The position numbers and the translations under genes were made by a program. From positions 1 to 32,000 of the forward strand of contig CANQAE010000013.1 of NCBI GenBank assembly GCA_947589465.1: DNA of 32,000 nucleotides, given 5' to 3'. This document shows positions 15,561 through 23,720 of this stretch, piece after piece. This DNA is from an uncultured Clostridia bacterium. GTDB lineage: Bacteria; Bacillota; Clostridia; Christensenellales; Pumilibacteraceae. Each line of letters begins with the position of its first letter. Position 1 is the stretch's first letter. The notes under the pieces are model-generated. The model was given only the letters and a program-made list of their open reading frames with translations. It was not told the DNA's origin and ran no database searches.

Positions 15561-18500
15561 GAACTTGGTCTAAAAGTCAGGAGGAAGTGATAAACTCCGA
15601 CGCGCCCGTTATACTCGTTTCGGCTTCGGCGGGAAGCGGCAAGACTACCGTTATGATCGAGAGAGTGTTGAGGCTCATAAAAGACGGGGTCAAAATAACA
15701 AATATGCTCATATGCACATTCACCAAGGCGTCCGCCGCCGATATGCGAGCAAAACTTTATGTCGAAATGTGCAAACGGGGTTTGAAAAACGAACTTAAAG
15801 ATCTGTCACGGGCGGATATTTGCACAATCGATAGTTTTTGCCAAAGGCTCGTCGGCAAATACTTTTACGAAATAGGCGTAGATCCAGGATTCGAGGTGCT
15901 TGATGAAGCGGAAAGCAATGCGCTCAAAAATGTAGCCGTCGATAAGGCTATACAGACGTATAAGCATAGCGCGCTTTCGGAGGCGTACGAAATCTTTTCG
16001 AACGGCAGAAAGGCTTCCGTTCTCAAAGACGCGCTACTCAAAATAATGGATTTTTGCAGTATCAATCCCGATACGCATCCCGCTTTCGTATACGATCGTG
16101 AGTCGGCGCGCGTAAAGATAGAGGAGTGCGTCGAAGGTCGCAGAAAAGACCTCGAAGACAGGATAAACAGGTTGTTTTACGTCATCGACGACAAGGAGTC
16201 GTATGCCGATATGATAAATGTTCTTCGCGGCGGAGGTTCCTTTTCGGGCAAAAGATACAAGGGCGAGAGCAGTTTTAAGCCGTGCTTCGACTACTTGAAG
16301 GAGGAAGTCAAAAAATTCGTTGAGTTTGCCAAAGAAACAAGCGAACTCAAATCGCAGGAACTTTCGCACAAACTTATAGACGCTTTGATTTTTGCGGCAG
16401 ACAGTGCAACGGAGATATATTCTTCCGACAAGGCTTCGCGTTCGGCGGTAGACTTCGCCGACCTCGAAAGAATGGCGCTCGACATATTGCGCAGCGACGC
16501 GGCTGACGAGATACGTCAAAAATACCGCTATGTATTTACGGACGAATATCAGGACATAAATCCTTTGCAGGAATGTATAATAAGCGCCGTGTCGAACGGA
16601 AACAACCTGTTTATGGTTGGCGACCTAAAACAAAGCATTTATGCTTTTAGGGGGTGCGAGCCGCGAATTTTCAAGAGCAAATACGATCGTTTCAGGGCTA
16701 CGGGCGAGGGGAAGGTAATAAATCTCGATACGAATTACAGAAGCGCAAAGAACATAATCAAATTCGTCAATTCGGTATTTTGCGAAGTTATGACCGAGGA
16801 CCTCGGTGGGATCGACTATGCGGCAAACCCCATGACCGCATTCAAAGATGAGGACGGATATGTGAAGTTTCACGTCGTGCGCGGCAATGCGGAACCCGTT
16901 TTGCCGAGCGGCGTCTATTCGGTAAAGGGGCATACGGATAGCGACCGTATGAACAAAAACGAAGCGGAATCGACCCTTATTGTCGCTCGCGTGTGCGAAC
17001 TAATCAAAAGCAGTTACGACGGCAAGCCCATAAAGTTTAGCGACATAGCCATTTTGACGCGCTCTATGGGGGAATTGGAATCGTTCGTAGTGAGTAAGTT
17101 GCGTAAAATCAACATTCCCGTGTCGCTCAAAGAGGACGCGTACTATCTCGAACGAAGCGAAACGGGACAACTCATCGACTATTTGCGCCTTATCGACAAC
17201 AGGCGCGACGACAAGGCTATGGCGATTGCGATGCTTTCGCCTTTTGGCAGATTCAGCGAGGACGAACTCGCGAAGATACGACTCTCCGGCGACGGCGATT
17301 TTTACGAATGTGTTTTGAAAGCCGCCGAAACGAACAAAAAGGTAGGGCGTTTCATTGACGACCTCGACAAATATTACGAAATGAGCCTTACCGCGACGAC
17401 GGACGAACTCGCCGACGCGATAGTTGCCGAAAAAGGCTACTTCAATTACGCTTACGGGCTGGGAGAGGACGCCGCCGAAGTGCTTGATAAATTTTTGGAG
17501 TTTCTTGGCGGATGTCCGTACAAGGTCAATCTCGGCGAATGTTTGAAGTTCATAGACGAGCATAATCCGTATACCGAACTCGCGGGCGACGAAAATTCGG
17601 TAAGGCTCATGACGATCCACAAGAGCAAGGGACTCGAATTTAAGTTCGTATTCGTCATAGGATTGAACGATCGGTTTAACTTAGCCGACCTTTACAAGCA
17701 CGTGTCGGTGGGCGGCGAAATGGCAATGAAAGTATATGCGGATCACGAAGCGTATGACAGCGACGCCAAATTTTTGTCGAATTTGCGGGAAAGCAAAAAG
17801 CAGGTCGAGGAAGAATTGCGAATCTTTTATGTGGCGTTGACTCGTGCCGAGGTCGGACTTGAACTTTTCGCTTCCGTAAAAAGTGAGAAGTTTTTCGAAG
17901 CATATGCCGCCCAACCAGAAAAAGGGATCGTCGCTCTCAATGAATGTACTTCGCCGGCGCAGTGGCTCGCTGCGCACTATCAGGCAGCGGACAAACATGA
18001 TATTGACGAAATAAAGTTCGAGGACGCGCAAGATCGCAGCGTATTTTTCGGCAAGGCGGACGAAAGCCTCGTGGAACAATTTGCAAACTATTTCGCGTTT
18101 TCTTCTCCCGTAATGGCGCCCGCAAAAAGTTACGTCAGCAAATTGGCGCATAATGACGACGAGCCTGCGATCTTTTTGACGCACGAAGAAGGCGAGGGCG
18201 ACATTGGCGCTTTCGAACGAGGAAACGCATATCACAGAGCGATGGAAAAACTTGATTTTTCTTCACCCATGTACGACCTTTTGCCGAGTGAAGATCTCGC
18301 GCTCATAGACCTTATTAAACTGAAAGATGCCGTAGACAATATGAAACGGTTTACGGGGAAGGCATACAAAGAAAAGCCGTTTATGCTCAAACTCGACGCA
18401 AAGGAAGCGGGACTTAATGGCAAAGGAAACGTGCTTGTACAAGGCGTTATTGACCTGCTTTTTATAGACGGCGACGAGGCGACGATAATAGATTACAAGA

Positions 18501-18643
18501 CCGGGCGCGCGCACGGAAATTTCGAGCAGGGATATATCAAGCAGGTGAGGCTGTATGCTCTCGCCGTCGAACGACTGCTCGGCAAGCGCGTTAAGTGCAA
18601 GATGCTCTACTATTTCGATTCCCGAACGTTTGTCGAATGTTGA
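15557..18643 (+). CDS. addA: ATP-dependent helicase/nuclease subunit A (AddA, UvrD/Rep superfamily 1)
   Basis: 1,028 aa. Walker A SASAGSGKTT, DEYQD box FTDEYQDINPLQ, motif III MVGDLKQSIYAFRG, motif VI VALTRAE. C-terminal nuclease GVIDLLFIDGDEATIIDYKTG. Compact compared with the roughly 1,200-aa Bacillus protein. Confidence 0.93.
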   Translation: MRTWSKSQEEVINSDAPVILVSASAGSGKTTVMIERVLRLIKDGVKITNMLICTFTKASAADMRAKLYVEMCKRGLKNELKDLSRADICTIDSFCQRLVGKYFYEIGVDPGFEVLDEAESNALKNVAVDKAIQTYKHSALSEAYEIFSNGRKASVLKDALLKIMDFCSINPDTHPAFVYDRESARVKIEECVEGRRKDLEDRINRLFYVIDDKESYADMINVLRGGGSFSGKRYKGESSFKPCFDYLKEEVKKFVEFAKETSELKSQELSHKLIDALIFAADSATEIYSSDKASRSAVDFADLERMALDILRSDAADEIRQKYRYVFTDEYQDINPLQECIISAVSNGNNLFMVGDLKQSIYAFRGCEPRIFKSKYDRFRATGEGKVINLDTNYRSAKNIIKFVNSVFCEVMTEDLGGIDYAANPMTAFKDEDGYVKFHVVRGNAEPVLPSGVYSVKGHTDSDRMNKNEAESTLIVARVCELIKSSYDGKPIKFSDIAILTRSMGELESFVVSKLRKINIPVSLKEDAYYLERSETGQLIDYLRLIDNRRDDKAMAIAMLSPFGRFSEDELAKIRLSGDGDFYECVLKAAETNKKVGRFIDDLDKYYEMSLTATTDELADAIVAEKGYFNYAYGLGEDAAEVLDKFLEFLGGCPYKVNLGECLKFIDEHNPYTELAGDENSVRLMTIHKSKGLEFKFVFVIGLNDRFNLADLYKHVSVGGEMAMKVYADHEAYDSDAKFLSNLRESKKQVEEELRIFYVALTRAEVGLELFASVKSEKFFEAYAAQPEKGIVALNECTSPAQWLAAHYQAADKHDIDEIKFEDAQDRSVFFGKADESLVEQFANYFAFSSPVMAPAKSYVSKLAHNDDEPAIFLTHEEGEGDIGAFERGNAYHRAMEKLDFSSPMYDLLPSEDLALIDLIKLKDAVDNMKRFTGKAYKEKPFMLKLDAKEAGLNGKGNVLVQGVIDLLFIDGDEATIIDYKTGRAHGNFEQGYIKQVRLYALAVERLLGKRVKCKMLYYFDSRTFVEC

Positions 18644-18709
18644 CCTTTTTTCGTTTAGCATACTCCGCCATCCCGAAATGGATTATAATGTTTTGCGGAG
18701 GTGAGTTGT

Positions 18710-18886
18710 ATGATTCCGCAACGGGAAGAATGTGACGAAGAAAATTCGTTCGACGGTGATATCGACGAAGTGGAGAAACTTTTCGATAAATCATATGCCG
18801 CAAGCGCAGAAACGCTCAAAAAGAATTTCGACAAATTGCTCGAAAAACTGAAAATGTTGGACGGGGACAAACGTTCGTCTTTTTGA
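18710..18886 (+). CDS. Small acidic hypothetical protein (58 aa)
   Basis: ATG at 18710, 5 nt after GGAGGTGA (18697-18704). Product MIPQREECDEENSFDGDIDEVEKLFDKSYAASAETLKKNFDKLLEKLKMLDGDKRSSF looks helical and acidic. No motif recognised and no clear terminator. Confidence 0.4.
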   Translation: MIPQREECDEENSFDGDIDEVEKLFDKSYAASAETLKKNFDKLLEKLKMLDGDKRSSF

Positions 18887-18952
18887 AATTTCCAAGTTAT
18901 GGATAATTTCGGCGCTGTCGAAAAATTTTTTTAGAAATTTGCATTAAAACAG

Positions 18953-18981
18953 TTGACAAACGGCGATCGGACGCATATAAT
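18953..18981 (+). promoter_or_regulatory. Consensus sigma-A promoter of the metal-repressor gene
   Basis: TTGACA (18953-18958), exactly 17 nt, TATAAT (18976-18981). Confidence 0.65.
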
Positions 18982-18985
18982 ATAT

Positions 18986-19010
18986 TTGAACGATTGAAAA
19001 TTTGTTCAAT
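18986..19010. promoter_or_regulatory. Putative ArsR/SmtB-family operator O1
   Basis: TTGAACGATTGAAAATTTGTTCAAT has inverted arms TTGAAC/GTTCAA, or ATTGAA-N6-TTCAAT in another register. It sits immediately downstream of the -10. It shares the 11-mer TTGAACGATTG and the TTCAAT arm with O2. TGAA..TTCA half-sites are typical of SmtB/CzrA-type operators. Confidence 0.5.
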
Positions 19011-19024
19011 TGATTGGAGGAATT

Positions 19025-19360
19025 ATGGGCGAGCGATGTGCCGACAACGCAAACGAAATCTTTGACAAAATGCCTCGCGAGGACGAAATCTACGACCTTG
19101 CGGAACTATTCAAGATGTTCGGCGATCCGACGCGCGTTAAAATTCTGTCCTGTCTGCAAATTCGCAATATGTGCGTAGGAGAACTCGCGAGTGTTCTCGA
19201 TATGACCGTTTCCGCCGTGTCGCACCAACTCAGAGTGTTGCGCGGAGCAAAACTCGTCAAAGGGACGAAGGACGGCAAAGAGGTCATGTATTCGCTCGAC
19301 GACGATCACGTCACCAAAATCATGGAGTACGGCTTGACGCACGTCAACGAGGACAGATGA
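19025..19360 (+). CDS. ArsR/SmtB-family metal-responsive repressor (SmtB/CzrA-like alpha-5 Zn/Cd site)
   Basis: Track start 19010 replaced by ATG 19025, with GGAGG at 19016-19020. wHTH core FKMFGDPTRVKILSCL...CVGELASVLDMTVSAVSHQLRVLRGAKLV. The C-terminal D-x-H-x10-H-x2-E (DDHVTKIMEYGLTHVNE) has the same spacing as the SmtB alpha-5 metal site. Confidence 0.9.
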   Translation: MGERCADNANEIFDKMPREDEIYDLAELFKMFGDPTRVKILSCLQIRNMCVGELASVLDMTVSAVSHQLRVLRGAKLVKGTKDGKEVMYSLDDDHVTKIMEYGLTHVNEDR

Positions 19361-19361
19361 C

Positions 19362-19384
19362 GGCAGGGTAAAACCCTGTTTTTT
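19362..19384 (+). terminator. Hairpin plus U-run between repressor and pump genes (terminator or attenuator)
   Basis: CAGGGT (19364-19369) / ACCCTG (19373-19378) followed by TTTTTT (19379-19384). The stem is short with a tight loop, so probably leaky. Confidence 0.55.
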
Positions 19385-19390
19385 CGCACC

Positions 19391-19414
19391 TATTGATTGA
19401 ACGATTGTTCAATA
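19391..19414. promoter_or_regulatory. Putative ArsR/SmtB-family operator O2 in front of the HMA/ATPase genes
   Basis: TATTGATTGAACGATTGTTCAATA carries nested inverted repeats: TTGAAC-GATT-GTTCAA and TATTGA-N12-TCAATA. It overlaps candidate -35 boxes (TTGATT at 19393-19398). I could not fix a clean -10. Confidence 0.5.
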
Positions 19415-19458
19415 GTACCATTATTCAACTATAAGTGAAACCGAGGAGGATATTCGAA

Positions 19459-19677
19459 ATGAAAAAGGTGTTTAGGTTAGAAGATTTGGATTGTGCGAAC
19501 TGCGCCGCCAAGATGGAGAGGTGCATTTTGAAGATCGACGGCGTTACCGACGCGAAAGTAAGTTTCATCGGGCAGAAAATGACTATCGAAGCGGACGAAG
19601 TCAAGTTCGACGAAATTATGAAGCAAGTGGAAAAAACTTGCAAAAGGGTAGAACCTGATTGCAGGATAGTTAGGTAG
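19459..19677 (+). CDS. Stand-alone heavy-metal-associated (HMA) domain protein, CopZ-like
   Basis: Track start 19435 replaced by ATG 19459, with GAGGAGGA at 19443-19450. 72 aa with LEDLDCANCAAKMERCI, a CxxC metal-binding loop. The ferredoxin-like HMA pattern continues through GVTDAKVSF...KMTIEAD. Confidence 0.85.
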   Translation: MKKVFRLEDLDCANCAAKMERCILKIDGVTDAKVSFIGQKMTIEADEVKFDEIMKQVEKTCKRVEPDCRIVR

Positions 19678-19682
19678 GGCGT

Positions 19683-21623
19683 ATGGAAAAACTCGGCGGC
19701 AAAGAAAAGAGAATGCTTATTCGCATAATAGTTGCTCTCGTCATGTTTGCGGCAGTTTTTGCGAGCGATCTCATCTTCGGGCTGGATACAGTTTTCGAGG
19801 GCAAATTTTCGTGGCTTTTTCCTTTCGCTCTCTATCTTGTCGTCTATATAACGATAGGATACGACGTTTTGCGTAAGGCGGCTTTGAACGTTTTACACGG
19901 ACAGATATTCGACGAGAATTTCCTGATGTGCGTGGCGACGCTCGGTGCGTTTGCGCTCGCCATATACAGAGGGGTACGCGGGATAGGAACTGACGGGTTC
20001 GAAGAAGGTTGCGCCGTGCTGCTTTTCTATCAAGTGGGGGAATGGTTTCAGCGATACGCGACGGGCAGATCGCGCAAGTCGATATCTTCGCTTATGGACA
20101 TAAGACCGGACTACGCGTCGGTCAAGCGAAACGGCGAAGTTGTGACCGTCGATCCGAGCGAAGTAGAGATCGGTGAAATAATAGTGGTAGATCCGGGCGA
20201 AAAGATTCCGCTCGACGGAAAGATAATTTCGGGCAGGTCCACGCTCGACACCAAGGCGCTTACGGGTGAATCGTTGCCGCGCGACGCGCAAGAGGGAGAG
20301 GAAGTTTTGAGCGGATGCGTCAACCTCACTTCGCAACTCGAAATAGAGGTAGAAAAGGAATTTCACGACAGCACCGTTTCAAAAATTCTCGATCTCGTCG
20401 AAAACGCATCTGACGCAAAGTCCAAAGCCGAGAATTTCATCACGGTTTTCGCAAAGTATTATACGCCCATAGTTATAGCGGCGGCTGTGCTTTTGGCGGT
20501 CATTCCGGGGATAGTCACAGGCGAATGGTCGGTATGGGTGTATAGGGCGCTGAGTTTTTTGGTCGTGTCCTGCCCGTGCGCCCTCGTAATATCAATACCG
20601 CTGACCTTCTTTTGCGGCATAGGCGCGGCTTCCAAACGAGGAATACTCGTCAAGGGGTCGAATTATCTCGAAAAACTGAACGGCGCGAATATTTTTGTTT
20701 TCGATAAGACGGGAACGCTTACAAAGGGCAATTTCGCGCTTGCGAGCGTCAATCCGCCGCAAAAGAAAGACGAAATTTTGAAACTTGCGGCGACTTGCGA
20801 ACGCGATTCAATTCATCCGATAGCAAGGTCGATTATAGAATGTTACGGCGGCAAGACCGAGGACGGATATGTTCTCACGAACGTAGCGGGCGAAGGCGTA
20901 AAAGCAGTTAAGGGCGACGACGTGATCGTTTGCGGCAACGAGAAACTGATGACAACCGAAAAAATCGAGTTCGTCAAAGAGAACGCTTCGGGTACCGTCG
21001 TCTATGTGGCGCATAACGGCAAATTCGAGGGGTCGCTTTTGTTTGCCGACGAAATAAAGTCCGGAAGCAAAGAAGTTGTTTCCGCTTTGAACGACATGGG
21101 GTGCAAAACGGTTATGCTCACGGGCGACAACGAGTCAATTGCGAAGGATGTCGCCGACAAACTCGGCGTCTGCGAATATAAGGCGTCGCTCATGCCTCAG
21201 GACAAAGTGAATAAGGTCGAAAAGATGCTCGCGGACAAAAAAGCCAAGGATGTGTTGTGTTTTGTCGGCGACGGCATAAACGACGCGCCTGTTCTTATGC
21301 GCTCGGATATAGGGATCGCCATGGGAGGAGTGGGGAGCGACGCCGCTATCGAGGCTTCGGACGTCGTGCTTATGTACGACGATCTGCGCGCCATTCCGCT
21401 CGCGAAACGCATAGCGGCAAAGACGATGAAAATAGTGCGCGAAAACATTATATTTTCGCTTGTAGTAAAGGCGGGCATACTCGTCCTTTCGGCGCTTGGG
21501 TTAGCCAATATGTGGGTGGCGGTTTTCGGCGACGTCGGCGTTGCCGTGCTTGCTATCATAAATGCGATGCGCGCCAATTCGGTGCGCGACGAAAGGACGA
21601 ATTCGAAGCGAAAAAAGTCTTAA
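19683..21623 (+). CDS. cadA: P1B-type heavy-metal (Zn/Cd/Pb-type) translocating ATPase lacking an N-terminal metal-binding domain
   Basis: 646 aa. TM6 motif SCPCALVISIP, phosphorylation site FDKTGTLT, hinge GDGINDAP. The last TM carries GDVGVAVLAIINAMR (D-x-G as in ZntA/CadA, not the MxxSS of Cu pumps). The symbol is a family-level guess; zntA is equally possible. Confidence 0.9.
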   Translation: MEKLGGKEKRMLIRIIVALVMFAAVFASDLIFGLDTVFEGKFSWLFPFALYLVVYITIGYDVLRKAALNVLHGQIFDENFLMCVATLGAFALAIYRGVRGIGTDGFEEGCAVLLFYQVGEWFQRYATGRSRKSISSLMDIRPDYASVKRNGEVVTVDPSEVEIGEIIVVDPGEKIPLDGKIISGRSTLDTKALTGESLPRDAQEGEEVLSGCVNLTSQLEIEVEKEFHDSTVSKILDLVENASDAKSKAENFITVFAKYYTPIVIAAAVLLAVIPGIVTGEWSVWVYRALSFLVVSCPCALVISIPLTFFCGIGAASKRGILVKGSNYLEKLNGANIFVFDKTGTLTKGNFALASVNPPQKKDEILKLAATCERDSIHPIARSIIECYGGKTEDGYVLTNVAGEGVKAVKGDDVIVCGNEKLMTTEKIEFVKENASGTVVYVAHNGKFEGSLLFADEIKSGSKEVVSALNDMGCKTVMLTGDNESIAKDVADKLGVCEYKASLMPQDKVNKVEKMLADKKAKDVLCFVGDGINDAPVLMRSDIGIAMGGVGSDAAIEASDVVLMYDDLRAIPLAKRIAAKTMKIVRENIIFSLVVKAGILVLSALGLANMWVAVFGDVGVAVLAIINAMRANSVRDERTNSKRKKS

Positions 21624-21790
21624 ATTGCCAGACGACAGTTTAGCAAAAAAGAGTTTTAATTGTCAAACCAAATTCAACAAAAAAACTTTTAATCTACCAA
21701 CCGGATTTTACAAAAAATCTTTGATCGGCAAACCGAATATAGCAAAAAAAATCATTGATCGGCAAACCGAATATTTTCGGAAAAATAAAA
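21619..21790. repeat. Tandem array of five ~33-36-bp units, each ending in an A-tract
   Basis: Units start at 21619, 21654, 21687, 21720 and 21755, approximate consensus TTTtAATygnCAAACCgAATwtagCAAAAAA. The last two units share a perfect 20-mer TTGATCGGCAAACCGAATAT (21721-21740 and 21755-21774, 34-bp period). The array starts on the cadA stop codon and ends at the terminator. Confidence 0.8.
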
Positions 21791-21816
21791 ATGAGAGGGG
21801 GATGCCTCTCATTTTT
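21791..21816. terminator. Bidirectional rho-independent terminator (cadA unit and trxA)
   Basis: ATGAGAGG (21791-21798) / CCTCTCAT (21805-21812) with a 6-nt loop. TTTTT lies downstream and AAAAATAAAA upstream, giving a U-run for trxA on the minus strand. Confidence 0.85.
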
Positions 21817-21833
21817 CGCTTTATTTGAGATAG

Positions 21834-22130
21834 TTATGCTATGAAATCTTTGAGCGTTTCGAGATCTATGAGTCCTACCGATTTATCTGTCATTTTGCCG
21901 TTTTTGAACAAGATGAGGGTGGGGATACTCAAAACGCCGAAACGTTTTGCGAGTTCCTGATTTTCGTCAACGTTGACTTTGCAGATCTTGACGTCCTTTT
22001 CGGCTTCTTCGAGTTGTTCGAGAATGGGAGCGAGCATACGGCACGGTCCGCACCAACTTGCCCAGAAATCCACGAGAACTTTGCCTTGGCTTATTTCACT
22101 GTCGAAATTGTCGAGTGTGAGATGAATCAT
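21834..22130 (-). CDS. trxA: Thioredoxin
   Basis: The track start at 22148 is a TTG lying inside the SD. The ATG at 22130 is preceded by GGAGGA (22143-22138). Active site WASWCGPCRML, about 98 aa. Confidence 0.93.
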   Translation of the reverse strand: MIHLTLDNFDSEISQGKVLVDFWASWCGPCRMLAPILEQLEEAEKDVKICKVNVDENQELAKRFGVLSIPTLILFKNGKMTDKSVGLIDLETLKDFIA

Positions 22131-22180
22131 AATTAAATCCTCCTTCAATTATTATCCGTTGTTTTTGTAAATTTATTAAG

Positions 22181-23578
22181 TTATTCGGCGAGTTTCAAGA
22201 TGGCTTTTTTGTATATTAGAGCCGCCTTTGTGAATTGTTCGACCGAAACGTGTTCGTCTATATTGTGAATGTTCGTTTCCGCGCCTTCGAAAGTAGGACC
22301 GAAAGCCACGGCGTTAGGCAGTTCGCGAGCGTATGTGCCGCCGCCGCATTTGAGGCAATGTCCCTTTTGTCCGGTACATTCCTCGTAAACGGACAGAAGC
22401 GATTGAATAAGCGGCGAACTTTCCTCGATGTAAAGGTTGGGAGCGAAAGTTTCGGCTTCTATCTTGCCTTTTCCGGGGAGTTTGGCAACGATTTGTTTTT
22501 TGATCTCCTCGTACGACGCCGAAATGGGCAGACGCAGGTCAAGACTGAAATGCAGATTGTCGTCGTCAACCTTTATGATGCCCATGCTTATCGTAAGATC
22601 GCCGCTCTGCTCGTCGCTTTTGTAAATACCGAGCGCTTCGGCGCTTATCGGCGAGCATATGTACTCGTTCATGAATTTAACAATGTTGTTTTCGTCGTCG
22701 ATATCCGAGAACCCGTCCAAAAACCTGAAAAGTTTCCAAATGGCGTTGTCGGCTTTGAACGGCTCCATCGCGTGTCCCGAAACGCCGGTGGCTTCGATCG
22801 TGATCACCTCGCCTTCGTCGATCGCCTTGAAGTCGCCGAGTTGTTCGCCCGCCGCGAGTATGTCGCCCGCAACGCGGAAATTGCTGAATATCTTGTCGCA
22901 TACGTTGCCGTCGCACATTTTGAGAAGTTTTTTGCCGAGTTCACTGTTTTTGAAAACGCTTATTTTGGCGCGATCGGGAACGACGTTATAACTTTCGCCG
23001 CCGCTTATGAACGCGATGTTCTGCTTAAAGAATTCGTCGAGAGGAACCGAACACATAAGATGCAAAATTCCCTTTTCGCTATTGATGAGCGGGAAGTCGG
23101 AATCGGGGACGAAACTCATCAAAGGTATTTCGCCGTGCTCTACATAATGTTTTATGCACGCGCTTCCGTGTTCTTCATTGCAACCGACTATTATTCGGAC
23201 GCGACGCGAAAGTTTTATCGCGCTCTCCTTGATCTCCTTCAACGCGTGCAAACACATGACGACGCTCCCTTTGTCGTCGACAACACCTCTGCCGTAAAGT
23301 TGCCCGTCCTCGATGACGAGTTTGTATGGATCTGTCGTCCAGCCGTCGCCCGCCGGCACGACGTCGAGGTGGCACAAGATACCTATGCACTCTTGTCCGT
23401 CGCCATATTCGGCATAACCGCAATATCCGTCCATGTTGCAGGTGGTAAAGCCGTACTTTTGGGCTTTATCCAAAAACCAATCCAAGGCTTTGCGGCATTC
23501 GATCCCGAACGGAGCACCCTCTTGCGCTTCGCCCAAAACGCTTTTTATCGCAATGATCTCTGCTAAATCGTTTAACAT
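22181..23578 (-). CDS. pepV: M20-family dipeptidase, PepV-like
   Basis: 465 aa. Metal and catalytic motifs GILCHLDVVPAG..W, YGRGVVDDKG and NEEHGS, with the long lid-domain insertion typical of PepV/Sapep-type dipeptidases. Confidence 0.85.
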   Translation of the reverse strand: MLNDLAEIIAIKSVLGEAQEGAPFGIECRKALDWFLDKAQKYGFTTCNMDGYCGYAEYGDGQECIGILCHLDVVPAGDGWTTDPYKLVIEDGQLYGRGVVDDKGSVVMCLHALKEIKESAIKLSRRVRIIVGCNEEHGSACIKHYVEHGEIPLMSFVPDSDFPLINSEKGILHLMCSVPLDEFFKQNIAFISGGESYNVVPDRAKISVFKNSELGKKLLKMCDGNVCDKIFSNFRVAGDILAAGEQLGDFKAIDEGEVITIEATGVSGHAMEPFKADNAIWKLFRFLDGFSDIDDENNIVKFMNEYICSPISAEALGIYKSDEQSGDLTISMGIIKVDDDNLHFSLDLRLPISASYEEIKKQIVAKLPGKGKIEAETFAPNLYIEESSPLIQSLLSVYEECTGQKGHCLKCGGGTYARELPNAVAFGPTFEGAETNIHNIDEHVSVEQFTKAALIYKKAILKLAE

Positions 23579-23610
23579 AAAAAACCTGCCTATATATTAT
23601 TTCGTATAAT

Positions 23611-23639
23611 ATTATACAACCGAGAGATGTATATGTCAA
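23611..23639 (-). promoter_or_regulatory. Consensus sigma-A promoter of pepV(-trxA)
   Basis: On the minus strand: TTGACA (23639-23634), 17 nt, TATAAT (23616-23611), 32 nt upstream of the ATG at 23578. The -10 is half of a perfect 14-bp palindrome GTATAATATTATAC (23604-23617). Confidence 0.65.
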
Positions 23640-23720
23640 GTGTGCGCGCCGATTTTTTCGCTTTTTCGGCGGCAGATAAAAGTTTATGGCGACAAATATC
23701 AAAAAGGGAGCCGCTAAAAC

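Noticed and set aside
21619-21790. CRISPR-like interpretation of the tandem arrays here and at 11515-11690.
   Set aside because: The units are contiguous and degenerate, with no alternation of conserved repeats and unique spacers. Only 4-5 units are present and there are no cas genes in the window.
21562-21828. 88-aa ORF reading through the 34-bp repeat array, giving KKSFN/KKTFN/KKSLI-type peptide repeats.
   Set aside because: It starts inside cadA in another frame, has no SD, runs through the terminator hairpin, and the unit lengths (33-36 bp) do not all preserve frame. The array is better treated as non-coding DNA.
22235-23566. 443-aa plus-strand ORF covering almost all of pepV.
   Set aside because: It is codon-aligned antisense to pepV (22235-22181 = 54) and its sequence is featureless. 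PepV motifs (HLDVVPAG, GRGVVDDKG) clearly identify the minus-strand frame as the real gene.
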